Source: Candidatus Omnitrophota bacterium
GTDB taxonomy: Bacteria > Omnitrophota > Gorgyraeia > Duberdicusellales > 4484-171
Length of the DNA stretch: 64,000 nucleotides
Direction: 5' to 3'
Assembly: GCA_043820815.1 (NCBI GenBank)
Contig: JBDRDJ010000028.1
Location: 22,307 to 86,306 of the forward strand
Shown here: positions 55,714 through 64,000 of the stretch, one piece after another
Position numbering within the stretch: the stretch's first letter is position 1
Layout: every line of letters begins with the position of its first letter
The notes under the pieces: generated by a model
Databases searched by the model: none
What the model was told of the DNA's origin: nothing
What the model saw: the letters and a program-made list of their open reading frames with translations, nothing else
Translations under genes and position numbers: made by a program

Positions 55714-56352
55714 ATGGATATTAAAGAATTTAAGAAATTACCTTTGCTGGCGATAGTAAGAGGAGCCAGCTCTGATTGTATTGAGCCTATTATTGATTGC
55801 GCTGTATCGGCAGGCCTTAAGACGCTTGAAATAGCCATGAATACAGATGGCGCGCCTGATTTAATTAAGAAAGCGGTTAAGGCTTCAAAAGGCAATTTAA
55901 CCATAGGGGCAGGCACGGTTTTGTCCCGCGATTCGCTAAACCTTGCCTTAGATGCCGGTGCCAGTTTTATCGTAACTCCGGTTTTGGTTAAAGATGTTAT
56001 GAGGCGCTGCCGGAAAAATAATATACCCGTATTTGCCGGCGCCTTAACGCCCAATGAGATATGGCAAGCCTGGAGCGAAGGGGCAAGCATGGTAAAGGTG
56101 TTTCCCGCTAAAGTTTTTGGGCCGGATTATTTCAAACAGGTAAAAGCTCCCATGCATGATGTTGAACTACTTGCCTGTTCAGGGGTAACTGCGGAAAATC
56201 TTTCTGAGTATGCAACTTGTGGCGCCAGCGCTTTTGCTTTTGGTTCCAGTGTATTTAAAAGGGAGTGGCTTTCTCAAAATAATTTTTCTGCTATTACAGG
56301 CCGCATACGCCAGTTTATAACTGCTTACCAGGGTTGGGTTGGCAACGCCTAA
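55714..56352 (+). CDS. eda: KDPG/KHG aldolase family protein
   Basis: Class I aldolase blocks (LLAIVRG, GAGTVL, VKVFPA). 212 aa. Confidence 0.8.
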   Translation: MDIKEFKKLPLLAIVRGASSDCIEPIIDCAVSAGLKTLEIAMNTDGAPDLIKKAVKASKGNLTIGAGTVLSRDSLNLALDAGASFIVTPVLVKDVMRRCRKNNIPVFAGALTPNEIWQAWSEGASMVKVFPAKVFGPDYFKQVKAPMHDVELLACSGVTAENLSEYATCGASAFAFGSSVFKREWLSQNNFSAITGRIRQFITAYQGWVGNA

Positions 56353-56465
56353 GAAAAAAGCATGAGTTTATCCAGCAGGCCAGAAGTATTCTCACCAAAA
56401 AACCGCATTTTTTCCTTTTGAATCATTCAATCTTTCGAAATAAAGCCTTTAAGCGCTAATTAATC

Positions 56466-56494
56466 TTGCATATTAGCCGGATGGATTATAGAAT
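56466..56494 (+). promoter_or_regulatory. sigma-70-type promoter candidate for the extended EF-G gene
   Basis: TTGCAT (56466-56471), 17-nt spacer, TAGAAT (56489-56494). Confidence 0.45.
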
Positions 56495-56641
56495 ATTATA
56501 ATCAGGCATCAGACAGAATATAGCCATGATTGATGGTTCAGGGCTGCCCAGCAATGACAAAATCCCAATGGTTAAACGCAATACTCAATACGGGTTTTCG
56601 TTCGTGGCAATTTGTTTTTAATTCGTGATTAAGGAGAGTAA

Positions 56642-59600
56642 ATGATATTATTCGTATGGATGGGGTCTTTTGTTTGTATAGCGATACTTGTTGCTGTATC
56701 TTTGCCTTCCGATAAAGGCCGTATGGAAAAAAAACTAGAAGAAGCCGAGCAATATTCCAAGAAGCAAGCCCAACGCATGCAGAGTAAAGTTTATTCTTTA
56801 AAAGGGCATATGTCCGGCCTTAAGCAGGAACTAAGTGCCGAGAAGGACAATATTATAAGCCTGCAAAATCAACTTAAAGCCGTTCAAGAGAAGGAAGAAG
56901 AGCTTAAGGAAAAATTACGCAAGCATAAAACATGGGTTGATGAGAGCCAGGAGCATGTCGATAAGGCAAAATCCAGCCGCGAAGAACTAAGACAGCAGTT
57001 AATTAGCAAAGAAAAGGAGCTTGAGAATGAGTTTTCCAAGAATGTCGCCTTAACCAGGCAGATCGAAGAAAGCCATAGGCATTTTGATGAATTGGAGAAA
57101 AAGAACGGGCGTTTGCTTGATAATATTATGTCTCTCGAGAAGAAGATAATGGGCTTTGAGTCAAAATTAAAAGAAAATAAAGCTGAGTTGAACAGGCATA
57201 TTGATATAGCCGCGCAGCTTAAGAAAAAGGAAGAAGAGAGTGAATGGGTAGCTAAAGCAGAGTACGTAAAATTAGCTGAACAGTGCAATGAGCTCAAAAA
57301 TAAGCTTGAAACAAGAAATAAAGAATTAGAAATTAAGGAACAGGCGATTAAAGATCTCGATATCGAAAGAATCAGGTTTAAAAACAAACTACGCGGTATA
57401 GGCCTTATGGAGGGTTTAGAGGATCCTTTTGATTCTACGGCTGCTCTTGAAGTGCCCGGGGCCGGGGAGCAGATATCCGCAGATCAGGCAACGAAAGAGG
57501 AAGCTGGGGGGATTGAAGAAGAGCCTAAAGCAAATGATTCGAGTATTACCGAGTCAGAAAAAGAGGATAAACCCGAAGATTTTGAAGGGGTAACGGCCGC
57601 TGAACCTAAGAAACAGGTTAAAGGGAAGCTGCTTGTCCACGAAGTACCTTCCGGTATAGATTTATCGAAAATAAGAAATATAGGAATCATAGCCCATATT
57701 GATGCCGGAAAAACCACTTTAACCGAGAGGATTTTATTTTATACCGGCAAATCTCACAAAATCGGAGAAGTCCATGACGGATGCGCCCAGATGGACTGGA
57801 TGAAACAGGAGCAGGAAAGGGGCATAACAATTACTTCCGCCGCCACCATGTGTCAGTGGAACGGGTATAATGTGAGCATTATCGATACTCCCGGACACGT
57901 TGATTTCACGGTTGAGGTTGAGAGAAGCCTTCGGGTTCTTGACGGGGCTGTTGTTGTTTTTTGTGCAGTATCAGGTGTTGAGGCTCAGTCTGAAACTGTC
58001 TGGCGCCAGTCCGATAAATATAAAGTTCCCAAAATTGCATTTATTAACAAGATGGATAGAGTCGGCGCTAATTATTTCAGTGTGTATAAAGATATTAAGG
58101 AAATGCTCCGGGCCAATGCCGTCCCCATCGAAATACCAATGGGGTCTGAGAGTGAATTTAAAGGGGTTATAGATCTAATTAAAAAGAAGGCTTATTTTTA
58201 TGAAGATGAGTCTTTGGGGAAAGATTTCCGCGAAGAGGAGATTCCGTCTCAATATACGGAGCTGGCCACAGAATATTATGAAATTATGGTTGAAAGAACT
58301 GTTGCTTGTGATGAAAACTTAATGCAGAAATATCTTAAAGCAGAGGATCCGATTACGCCTGAAGAATTGATGGCAGCAATAAGAAAAGGCACGCTTTCTA
58401 ATAAAATAATTCCTGTTCTTTGCGGTTCGGCATTGAAGAATAAAGGTGTTCAAAAATTGCTCGATGCGGTTACTCAATATCTGCCTTCTCCCTTAGATAT
58501 TCCGGCTATTGAGGGCAATCTTGCAGATGATCCTCAGAAAAAGATCCAAAGGCGCCCTGACCTGCATGAACCTTTTTGTGCCCTTGCTTTCAAGGTTCAG
58601 GCTGATGCGCATATAGGAAAGCTTGTTTATCTCAGGGTTTATTCAGGTTGTGCTTTTGCCGGTTCGTATCTCTTTAACGCTACCAAGGGAAAGAAAGAAC
58701 GCATATCAAGGATTGTGCGTATGCATGCTAATCAAAGGGAAAGCCTGAAATATATGTGTGCCGGCGAGATTGTTGCTTGCATTGGATTAAATCACACGGT
58801 AACAGGCAACACTATTTGCGACCCGGAAAACCCGGTAATTTTAGAATCAATAGAATTTCCAACGCCTGTTATTTCGGTAAGCATAACTCCTGCCAGCCGC
58901 TCTGATCAGGATAAATTGAACAAGGCTCTTTTTAAGCTGTCAGAAGAAGATCCCACGTTTTCTGTTGATACCGATTCCGAGAGCGGAGAAATTATCTTAT
59001 CAGGCATGGGAGAACTTCATCTTGAAATTATTGCCGAAAGGCTTAAAGATGAGTTTAAAATTAACGCCGAGATAGGCAAACCAAAAGTTTCCTACAGAGA
59101 AACAATTCAATCTGAAGTGAAACAGGAATATAAGCATGTAAAGCAAACCGGCGGCCACGGCCAATACGGCCACGTAATTATGGAAATTTCGCCAAAGGCA
59201 AGGGGTGAAGGGTTTGAATTTAAGGACAGTGTTACAGGAGGAAGAATACCCAAAAATTACATATCTTCTATTGAAAAAGGCATTATCGAAGCATTAAAGA
59301 AGGGTTCTTTTGCAGGATTTCCCGTTGTTGATATTAATGTAAACTTAATTGACGGATCATTTCATGAGGTTGACTCATCAGACATTGCTTTCAGGTTGGC
59401 TGCAATAGGCTGTTTCAGGGAAGCTATGCTTAAAAGTTCTATTGTATTGCTTGAGCCTTTTATGTCGCTTGAAATTTCTACTCCGGAAGAATATACTAGT
59501 AATATTGTGGGCGATATATGTTCGCGCCGGGGCAGGATAATCAATATGGAGCAGAAAGTAAATCAGAAAATAATATCCGCAGAGGCCCCTTTGACGGAGT

Positions 59601-59743
59601 TATTCGGCTACGTTACCAGTGTCCGGTCTTTAAGCAGCGGCAGGGCAAGCTGTTCCATGGAGTTTAAGAAATATACAGAAGTCCCCCGCGAACTTGCCGA
59701 GAAGATCGCCGAAGAACAAAAAGAAAAACGTGCTAAACCGTAG
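56642..59743 (+). CDS. elongation factor G homologue fused to an N-terminal TM anchor, coiled coil and acidic linker (1033 aa)
   Basis: Residues from about 344 to 1033 form a complete EF-G ([29 protein letters not shown], domain IV HEVDSS). Residues 1-22 are hydrophobic. Residues from about 28 to 250 are heptad-like and Lys/Glu-rich. Residues from about 255 to 330 are acidic low complexity. The whole is a single uninterrupted ORF. Confidence 0.8.
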   Translation: MILFVWMGSFVCIAILVAVSLPSDKGRMEKKLEEAEQYSKKQAQRMQSKVYSLKGHMSGLKQELSAEKDNIISLQNQLKAVQEKEEELKEKLRKHKTWVDESQEHVDKAKSSREELRQQLISKEKELENEFSKNVALTRQIEESHRHFDELEKKNGRLLDNIMSLEKKIMGFESKLKENKAELNRHIDIAAQLKKKEEESEWVAKAEYVKLAEQCNELKNKLETRNKELEIKEQAIKDLDIERIRFKNKLRGIGLMEGLEDPFDSTAALEVPGAGEQISADQATKEEAGGIEEEPKANDSSITESEKEDKPEDFEGVTAAEPKKQVKGKLLVHEVPSGIDLSKIRNIGIIAHIDAGKTTLTERILFYTGKSHKIGEVHDGCAQMDWMKQEQERGITITSAATMCQWNGYNVSIIDTPGHVDFTVEVERSLRVLDGAVVVFCAVSGVEAQSETVWRQSDKYKVPKIAFINKMDRVGANYFSVYKDIKEMLRANAVPIEIPMGSESEFKGVIDLIKKKAYFYEDESLGKDFREEEIPSQYTELATEYYEIMVERTVACDENLMQKYLKAEDPITPEELMAAIRKGTLSNKIIPVLCGSALKNKGVQKLLDAVTQYLPSPLDIPAIEGNLADDPQKKIQRRPDLHEPFCALAFKVQADAHIGKLVYLRVYSGCAFAGSYLFNATKGKKERISRIVRMHANQRESLKYMCAGEIVACIGLNHTVTGNTICDPENPVILESIEFPTPVISVSITPASRSDQDKLNKALFKLSEEDPTFSVDTDSESGEIILSGMGELHLEIIAERLKDEFKINAEIGKPKVSYRETIQSEVKQEYKHVKQTGGHGQYGHVIMEISPKARGEGFEFKDSVTGGRIPKNYISSIEKGIIEALKKGSFAGFPVVDINVNLIDGSFHEVDSSDIAFRLAAIGCFREAMLKSSIVLLEPFMSLEISTPEEYTSNIVGDICSRRGRIINMEQKVNQKIISAEAPLTELFGYVTSVRSLSSGRASCSMEFKKYTEVPRELAEKIAEEQKEKRAKP

Positions 59744-60899
59744 GTTTATAGTCCATATAGACATGGATGCGTTTTTTGCGGCTATTGAACAGCGTGATAA
59801 CCCCTCATATCGTAACAAACCGGTTGTTGTAGGCGCAGACCCAAAAGGCGGCTGCGGACGCGGTGTTGTTTCAACCTGCTCCTATGAAGCGCGCAAGTTT
59901 GGTATTCATTCAGCAATGCCGATTTCAAGCGCTTACAGGCTATGCCCCAAGGCTGTATTTATCCCTCCTTCTATGGATAAATATTGCAGAGTTTCCCATG
60001 AAATTTATACGATATTAAATGATTTCAGCCCCATTGTTGAGCCGGCCGGTATTGATGAGGCTTTTTTAGATATCACAGGAAGCTTTCACTTGTTTGACAC
60101 ACCGCTTGAAACCTGCGAGCTTATTAAATCAAAGATACTTAAACAAACAAAATTAACCTGTTCGGTTGGCCTTGCCCCTACAAAAATGGCGGCAAAAATC
60201 GCCTCTGATTTAGAGAAACCCGATGGATTGGTCATTGTAGCCAAAGAAGGGTTAAATGATTTCTTAAATCCGCTTGATATTGGTAAGCTCTGGGGCCTGG
60301 GCAAGAGAACAAAAGCTATTCTAAATACAAGAGGCATTCATACTGTAGGCGGCCTTGCCCGGAGAAATCCGGTTGAACTTACTGCTTTGCTGGGGAAAAA
60401 CGGTCAGCATCTGTGGCAGCTTGCTCAAGGTATAGATAACAGCCCGGTTTGTAATAGCGAAGAGGTTAAATCTCTAAGTAATGAGCATACATTTAGCGAA
60501 GATACCCGAGATTACAATGAAATAAACGGTGTTTTAATTTCGCTTTGCGAAAAGGTTTCCTGCCGCCTTCGCAATGAGGCGGTTAAGGGCCGCACAATCA
60601 CCTTAAAAATCCGCCTTGAAGGTTTTATGACTTATAGCAGAGCGATGACTCTTTCAAAAGCAACTAATTATGCCGATGTTCTTTATAGGGCGGTAGATAA
60701 GCTTTATAATAATTTTGATAAAAAGAAAAGAAAAATAAGGCTTTTGGGGGTAAAAGTTTCAGGCCTGCTTCCTTCCCTGCAGAGAGACAGTATTTTTGAC
60801 AAGAGCCCGGACGTAAAAAGGGAAAAAGTCCATTCAGCCGTCGATAAAATAAGAGGAAAGTTCGGCGATAACGCTATCAAAAGGGCGGGGATGATTTAG
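59694..60899 (+). CDS. dinB: DNA polymerase IV
   Basis: [20 protein letters not shown]-terminal catalytic motif and the [16 protein letters not shown] block. The true start may be GTG 59730, which would overlap the EF-G stop by 14 nt rather than 50 nt. Confidence 0.9.
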   Translation: MPRRSPKNKKKNVLNRRFIVHIDMDAFFAAIEQRDNPSYRNKPVVVGADPKGGCGRGVVSTCSYEARKFGIHSAMPISSAYRLCPKAVFIPPSMDKYCRVSHEIYTILNDFSPIVEPAGIDEAFLDITGSFHLFDTPLETCELIKSKILKQTKLTCSVGLAPTKMAAKIASDLEKPDGLVIVAKEGLNDFLNPLDIGKLWGLGKRTKAILNTRGIHTVGGLARRNPVELTALLGKNGQHLWQLAQGIDNSPVCNSEEVKSLSNEHTFSEDTRDYNEINGVLISLCEKVSCRLRNEAVKGRTITLKIRLEGFMTYSRAMTLSKATNYADVLYRAVDKLYNNFDKKKRKIRLLGVKVSGLLPSLQRDSIFDKSPDVKREKVHSAVDKIRGKFGDNAIKRAGMI

Positions 60900-60946
60900 T
60901 TTATTGATACAAGTATTGTATGAATCAAAATTTTATCCCGCAGGAA

Positions 60947-62389
60947 TCATTTTCCGCCAGCTTTCTTAAACCACAAAAATCCCCCGGCGTATCCGGAATA
61001 ATCATCTGCCAGGATATAGCCTTTTAAGCCTTTATCTGCTATTGAGGTGATTAATTCATTTTTGCTGAAAGGATAAAGTACGAATATGGATTCATAATCT
61101 GTTAAGCGTATTTTATTATAGAAGCCATTCCTGTTTGAAAATTGTAAGATTTGATGCCCTTGATTGTAGTAACCGGCGTAATCAAGAGGCAGGCTTGTCG
61201 CGACAACAGAATTCCCCCCAGCCTTAGCGCATAAAGTACCCATAATGTTTCTAAATCTGTTTTTTTCGTTTGCGATATAGGGATACAAAGGTATGATCCT
61301 TACGGAAAAGATTAATGCAATTAACAGGAGTGTTATATAAGGCCTGATTCTTGGGCTATACTTTGTTATTCCGTAACCCGCAAGAATAATCATGGGAATG
61401 TGTATGAAGCCAATGTATCGCAGTGTGTTTTTGTGAATAATCGGAAATAAGGACAAGTTAATTATTATATATATTATGGCCGGAATTATTATCCAGGCAA
61501 TGAGTACAAGGTGCGGCTTTGAAAAATATAATTGTATTTTCTTTCCGGTATTTTTTGAGAAAGTTAAGAAGGATGAGGCGATAAGAAGATAATACGCTAT
61601 TATGTCGTCAAAAACATGCCCTATAGGGATTTTTATTATTGTTCTTGTAAATATGGCGCCCATTAGTGCTGTGTAATTTGTCGTTTCTTTAATCCATTCG
61701 ATGCCTGTCCCTCGGTAAGCGTTATATAGAAATATTCTTATCCAGGGCAGATACATTACCAGCAAAACTAATTGTGCAAAAACCCACCATTTTATTTGTT
61801 TTTTCTTATGATAAAAAAGAATAATCGCGTTCTGGATTATAACAAAAATGAACCCTATGTACATCGTATAGAGAGATAGCGAAGTAAATATAATATACTT
61901 TGTTAGATGGCGCCGGTTGCAAGATATTAAGAATTTATGGAAATAGAGAAAAGATATAATCATAAAAAACCACAGCATAGAATACATTTTTGCTTCTTGA
62001 GCATAATAGATGCTGAAAGGGCATATACTTAAAAGGGCCGCTGAAAACAGCCCCGCGTTTCTATCGAACATTTCTTTCGCGAGATTGTAAATTGCAATTA
62101 TTGACAAAACAGAGAATATTAATGATGGCAGCCGTATTGCCAATTCGCTTCTGCCGAAGACAGGTTCCCAAATATTCATTAGCATATAATAAAGAGGAGG
62201 GAAAGAAGAAGTGGACAGATTTCTTATTACGGTTACGAAAGGATAGCTGATTCTGCTTATTGTCATTAACTCGTCATGCCATAAACCTGCAGCTTCCAGG
62301 CGGTATATCCTGAGAAGAAAACCAAAAGCAAATATCGCAAAGAGAACAATATTATTTCTTCTAAGAAGACCGGCAAAGAAATATTTCAT
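60947..62389 (-). CDS. GT-C fold membrane glycosyltransferase (family 39 / ArnT-PMT-like)
   Basis: About 12 TM helices. The first-loop GLWHDELMT motif (acidic DE) is typical of PMT_2/ArnT-type enzymes. Confidence 0.7.
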   Translation of the reverse strand: MKYFFAGLLRRNNIVLFAIFAFGFLLRIYRLEAAGLWHDELMTISRISYPFVTVIRNLSTSSFPPLYYMLMNIWEPVFGRSELAIRLPSLIFSVLSIIAIYNLAKEMFDRNAGLFSAALLSICPFSIYYAQEAKMYSMLWFFMIISFLYFHKFLISCNRRHLTKYIIFTSLSLYTMYIGFIFVIIQNAIILFYHKKKQIKWWVFAQLVLLVMYLPWIRIFLYNAYRGTGIEWIKETTNYTALMGAIFTRTIIKIPIGHVFDDIIAYYLLIASSFLTFSKNTGKKIQLYFSKPHLVLIAWIIIPAIIYIIINLSLFPIIHKNTLRYIGFIHIPMIILAGYGITKYSPRIRPYITLLLIALIFSVRIIPLYPYIANEKNRFRNIMGTLCAKAGGNSVVATSLPLDYAGYYNQGHQILQFSNRNGFYNKIRLTDYESIFVLYPFSKNELITSIADKGLKGYILADDYSGYAGGFLWFKKAGGK

Positions 62390-62443
62390 GCTATTATACT
62401 TTCTGTTATAATTAACTGTGCAACGGTAAATTACAAAATTAAT

Positions 62444-64000
62444 ATGTATTTTCTAAAAAAAGGCGATTATTTAACGCTTATCAAATCATTTTTTTACCCG
62501 TTCCTTATACTGTTTTCATTTTACCTTACCTTTAAGTCAGGACAAAGAGGTTTTTTTCCTTTTGACCAGTCAATTGTTTTTGACGGTGCTTACCGGATAA
62601 TTTGCGGCCAAATACCCTACCGCGATTTTGTCATTCCAATAGGGCCGGTAACATTTTATATACAAGCGTTGTTTTTCCGAATTTTTGGTGTCAACTACTT
62701 TTCTTATATTTTAAGTGCCGCATGCCTTAATGTGGCGGGCGCGGTTTGCGCGGCGCTAATCTTAAGAATACTTTTCCCCGAAAAGCGCATACTTTCCTAT
62801 ATCGCCGGAATTATTACGTCGATATGGTTTTGTCCGATACACGGAACATTTTATTATGACCAGCTTGCTTTTTTCTTTTGCTCATTAACCGTGGTTATCA
62901 TGCTTTATATATCGAAATTGTCAGACATTAATCTGGCACAAAAAAAAGTTCTGGTATTTCTCTGCGGGTGCATTTCTTTTATTGCATTTATCACCAAGCA
63001 GAACGCCGGCCTAATATCTCTTATTTTTTGTATAATATTTTTTGTGGCTATTTCTTTCCCTTTTGCGAAAAAATCCTGCAGGAACATTTTAATATTCTTT
63101 TCAGGCTATGCATTGAGCGCAATAGTTTTTATAGTTTGGTTGTTTCGGGTAAGCCGTATCGATATCTTTATGCGCCATTTCTTCGCCATACCTGCCCGCA
63201 CGGGCTTTCTTAGGATTTTTGACAACCCTTACGATTTCTTAAAAATTGTTATATTCGGCGCCGGCCAGTTACTAGCCGCCAATATTATTTTTGTATCGAT
63301 GATTATTTCAGTATTTATAATATTTTATCATTTTAAAATTCCCGGCAAGCATTCAGCTAACCGCCGGCGCAATATAACCGCATGTTTTATTTGCATTTAT
63401 TTTGTATTATTTCAGAATTTATTTATTGCAACAACCTATAATGAGCCGGAAAATTCCCTTGTCTTTATGGGTATAATCTTTGCCGTTGCACTCGGGGTTC
63501 TTATTGATAATTATTCTTTGTTAAGCAGTACCCGGAAGGATACAAGGCCGGTGCCAGGTTTTATAATTATCGGGATACTGGTTTTAGGTATTTGTGCCGA
63601 GGGCATGTACGTGTCATTAAGCCGCTATGTTCAAAATGGGTTCAAGGGGTCAAGTTTCCCTAAAAATGTTGCAATTAAGAAGTTATCAAATTTGAAGTGG
63701 GGCAAGCCTACCCGGATTAACGGAGAGGGCGTTACCGTAGATGAAGCAGATTTCCTTAATACCCATAATTTTTTAAAGAAAAGCAAAAAGAATTTCTTTA
63801 TTTTTCCCGACTACACAATTTTTTATGGATTGTTAAATGTCCCTTCTCCGCAGCCGCTTGTTTGGTTTCACAGGGGGCTTACCTATCCGTTTGATTATGA
63901 TGTGAAAGTTGATAATTGGATTGTTGGCGGCTTGAAAAACAATAGCATAGAATTTATCATTATTGAAGAAGATTCGTTTATAGGGTCGCAAAAGAGGCTC
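62444..64000 (+). CDS. multi-pass membrane protein, putative GT-C-like glycosyltransferase (3' end outside window)
   Basis: From ATG 62444 the frame stays open for 519 codons to the window edge (MYFLKKGDYLTLIKSFFYPF ... FPFDQSIVFDGAYRII ...). It is absent from the ORF track because there is no stop in the window. It is divergent from the GT39-like gene across a 54-bp spacer. Confidence 0.55.
   Translation, partial: MYFLKKGDYLTLIKSFFYPFLILFSFYLTFKSGQRGFFPFDQSIVFDGAYRIICGQIPYRDFVIPIGPVTFYIQALFFRIFGVNYFSYILSAACLNVAGAVCAALILRILFPEKRILSYIAGIITSIWFCPIHGTFYYDQLAFFFCSLTVVIMLYISKLSDINLAQKKVLVFLCGCISFIAFITKQNAGLISLIFCIIFFVAISFPFAKKSCRNILIFFSGYALSAIVFIVWLFRVSRIDIFMRHFFAIPARTGFLRIFDNPYDFLKIVIFGAGQLLAANIIFVSMIISVFIIFYHFKIPGKHSANRRRNITACFICIYFVLFQNLFIATTYNEPENSLVFMGIIFAVALGVLIDNYSLLSSTRKDTRPVPGFIIIGILVLGICAEGMYVSLSRYVQNGFKGSSFPKNVAIKKLSNLKWGKPTRINGEGVTVDEADFLNTHNFLKKSKKNFFIFPDYTIFYGLLNVPSPQPLVWFHRGLTYPFDYDVKVDNWIVGGLKNNSIEFIIIEEDSFIGSQKRL

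Noticed and set aside
56526-56621. A 31-codon ORF (MIDGSGLPSNDKIPMVKRNTQYGFSFVAICF) in the leader of the extended EF-G gene.
   Set aside because: It has no SD and no notable composition, and it lies within the predicted 5' UTR. It could be a uORF, but nothing supports that.
56884-57387. A 167-aa minus-strand ORF rich in Ser/Leu/Phe, and many other antisense or nested track ORFs (for example 431-679, 4767-5132, 13339-13728, 19611-20033, 24934-25428, 33441-33911, 36511-36909, 39823-40239, 55689-56090).
   Set aside because: All lie entirely inside longer ORFs that have clear family motifs on the opposite strand or in another frame. They have low-complexity or shadow-frame composition and lack RBS support.
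62455-62947. A suspected frameshift at the homopolymer A-runs in the open-ended GT-C-like ORF.
   Set aside because: Re-reading the sequence codon by codon shows the frame from ATG 62444 is continuous through both runs (A7 and A8). The flanking track ORFs (62905-63087 minus, 62968-63213 plus) are consistent with that reading.

Overview
This is a gene-dense, almost entirely plus-strand chromosomal segment from a moderately AT-rich bacterium. Lineage cannot be fixed from sequence alone. The gene content (Rex, many radical SAM/Fe-S enzymes, small siroheme sulfite reductase, split MetH, NadX/NadA, TonB/ExbBD, prepilin-type proteins) suggests an anaerobic diderm with domain-minimised enzymes. I recognised no rRNA, tRNA, CRISPR array or transposase.

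Layout:
- 1-1106: ABC-2 transporter tail.
- 1253-2993: RRM RNA-binding protein, cold-shock protein, YkuD L,D-transpeptidase.
- 3111-3305: repeat-dense intergenic region.
- 3434-16769: sigma-54 activator, TonB-dependent receptor, a consensus sigma-54 promoter, family-5 solute-binding protein, an unlisted 32-codon ORF, radical SAM/SPASM enzyme, ABC exporter, and five two-component signalling genes.
- 16890-23221: miscellaneous genes (LOG-family, THUMP methyltransferase, DJ-1/PfpI, an unlisted Cys-rich 51-codon ORF plus permease, prepilin-type protein).
- 23554-30776: Rrf2 regulator and a sulfite-reduction/siroheme operon (cysH, sirC, hemA, hemC, cobA, hemB, hemL, small sulfite reductase).
- 31050-34032: rex, serC, serA.
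- 34563-41449: DEAD-box helicase, PilZ protein, receiver protein, nadX, uvrA.
- 41557-46583: TPR protein, ExbB, ExbD and small proteins.
- 46610-56352: nadA, mnmA, metallopeptidase-like/ATP-grasp pair, CheC-like protein, split metH, two aldolases.
- 56642-59743: an EF-G carrying a 340-aa membrane-anchor and coiled-coil extension.
- 59694-64000: dinB and two divergent GT-C-like membrane proteins. The second runs off the window and is absent from the ORF track.

The strongest candidate for a new system is the locus at 4804-11875. It looks like a RiPP locus (short Cys/Trp precursor, RRE-bearing rSAM/SPASM maturase, exporter) sitting inside an uptake and sensing context (TonB-dependent receptor, family-5 binding protein, sigma-54 control, adjacent histidine kinases). 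That layout resembles a peptide metallophore or peptide-signal system but uses different chemistry.
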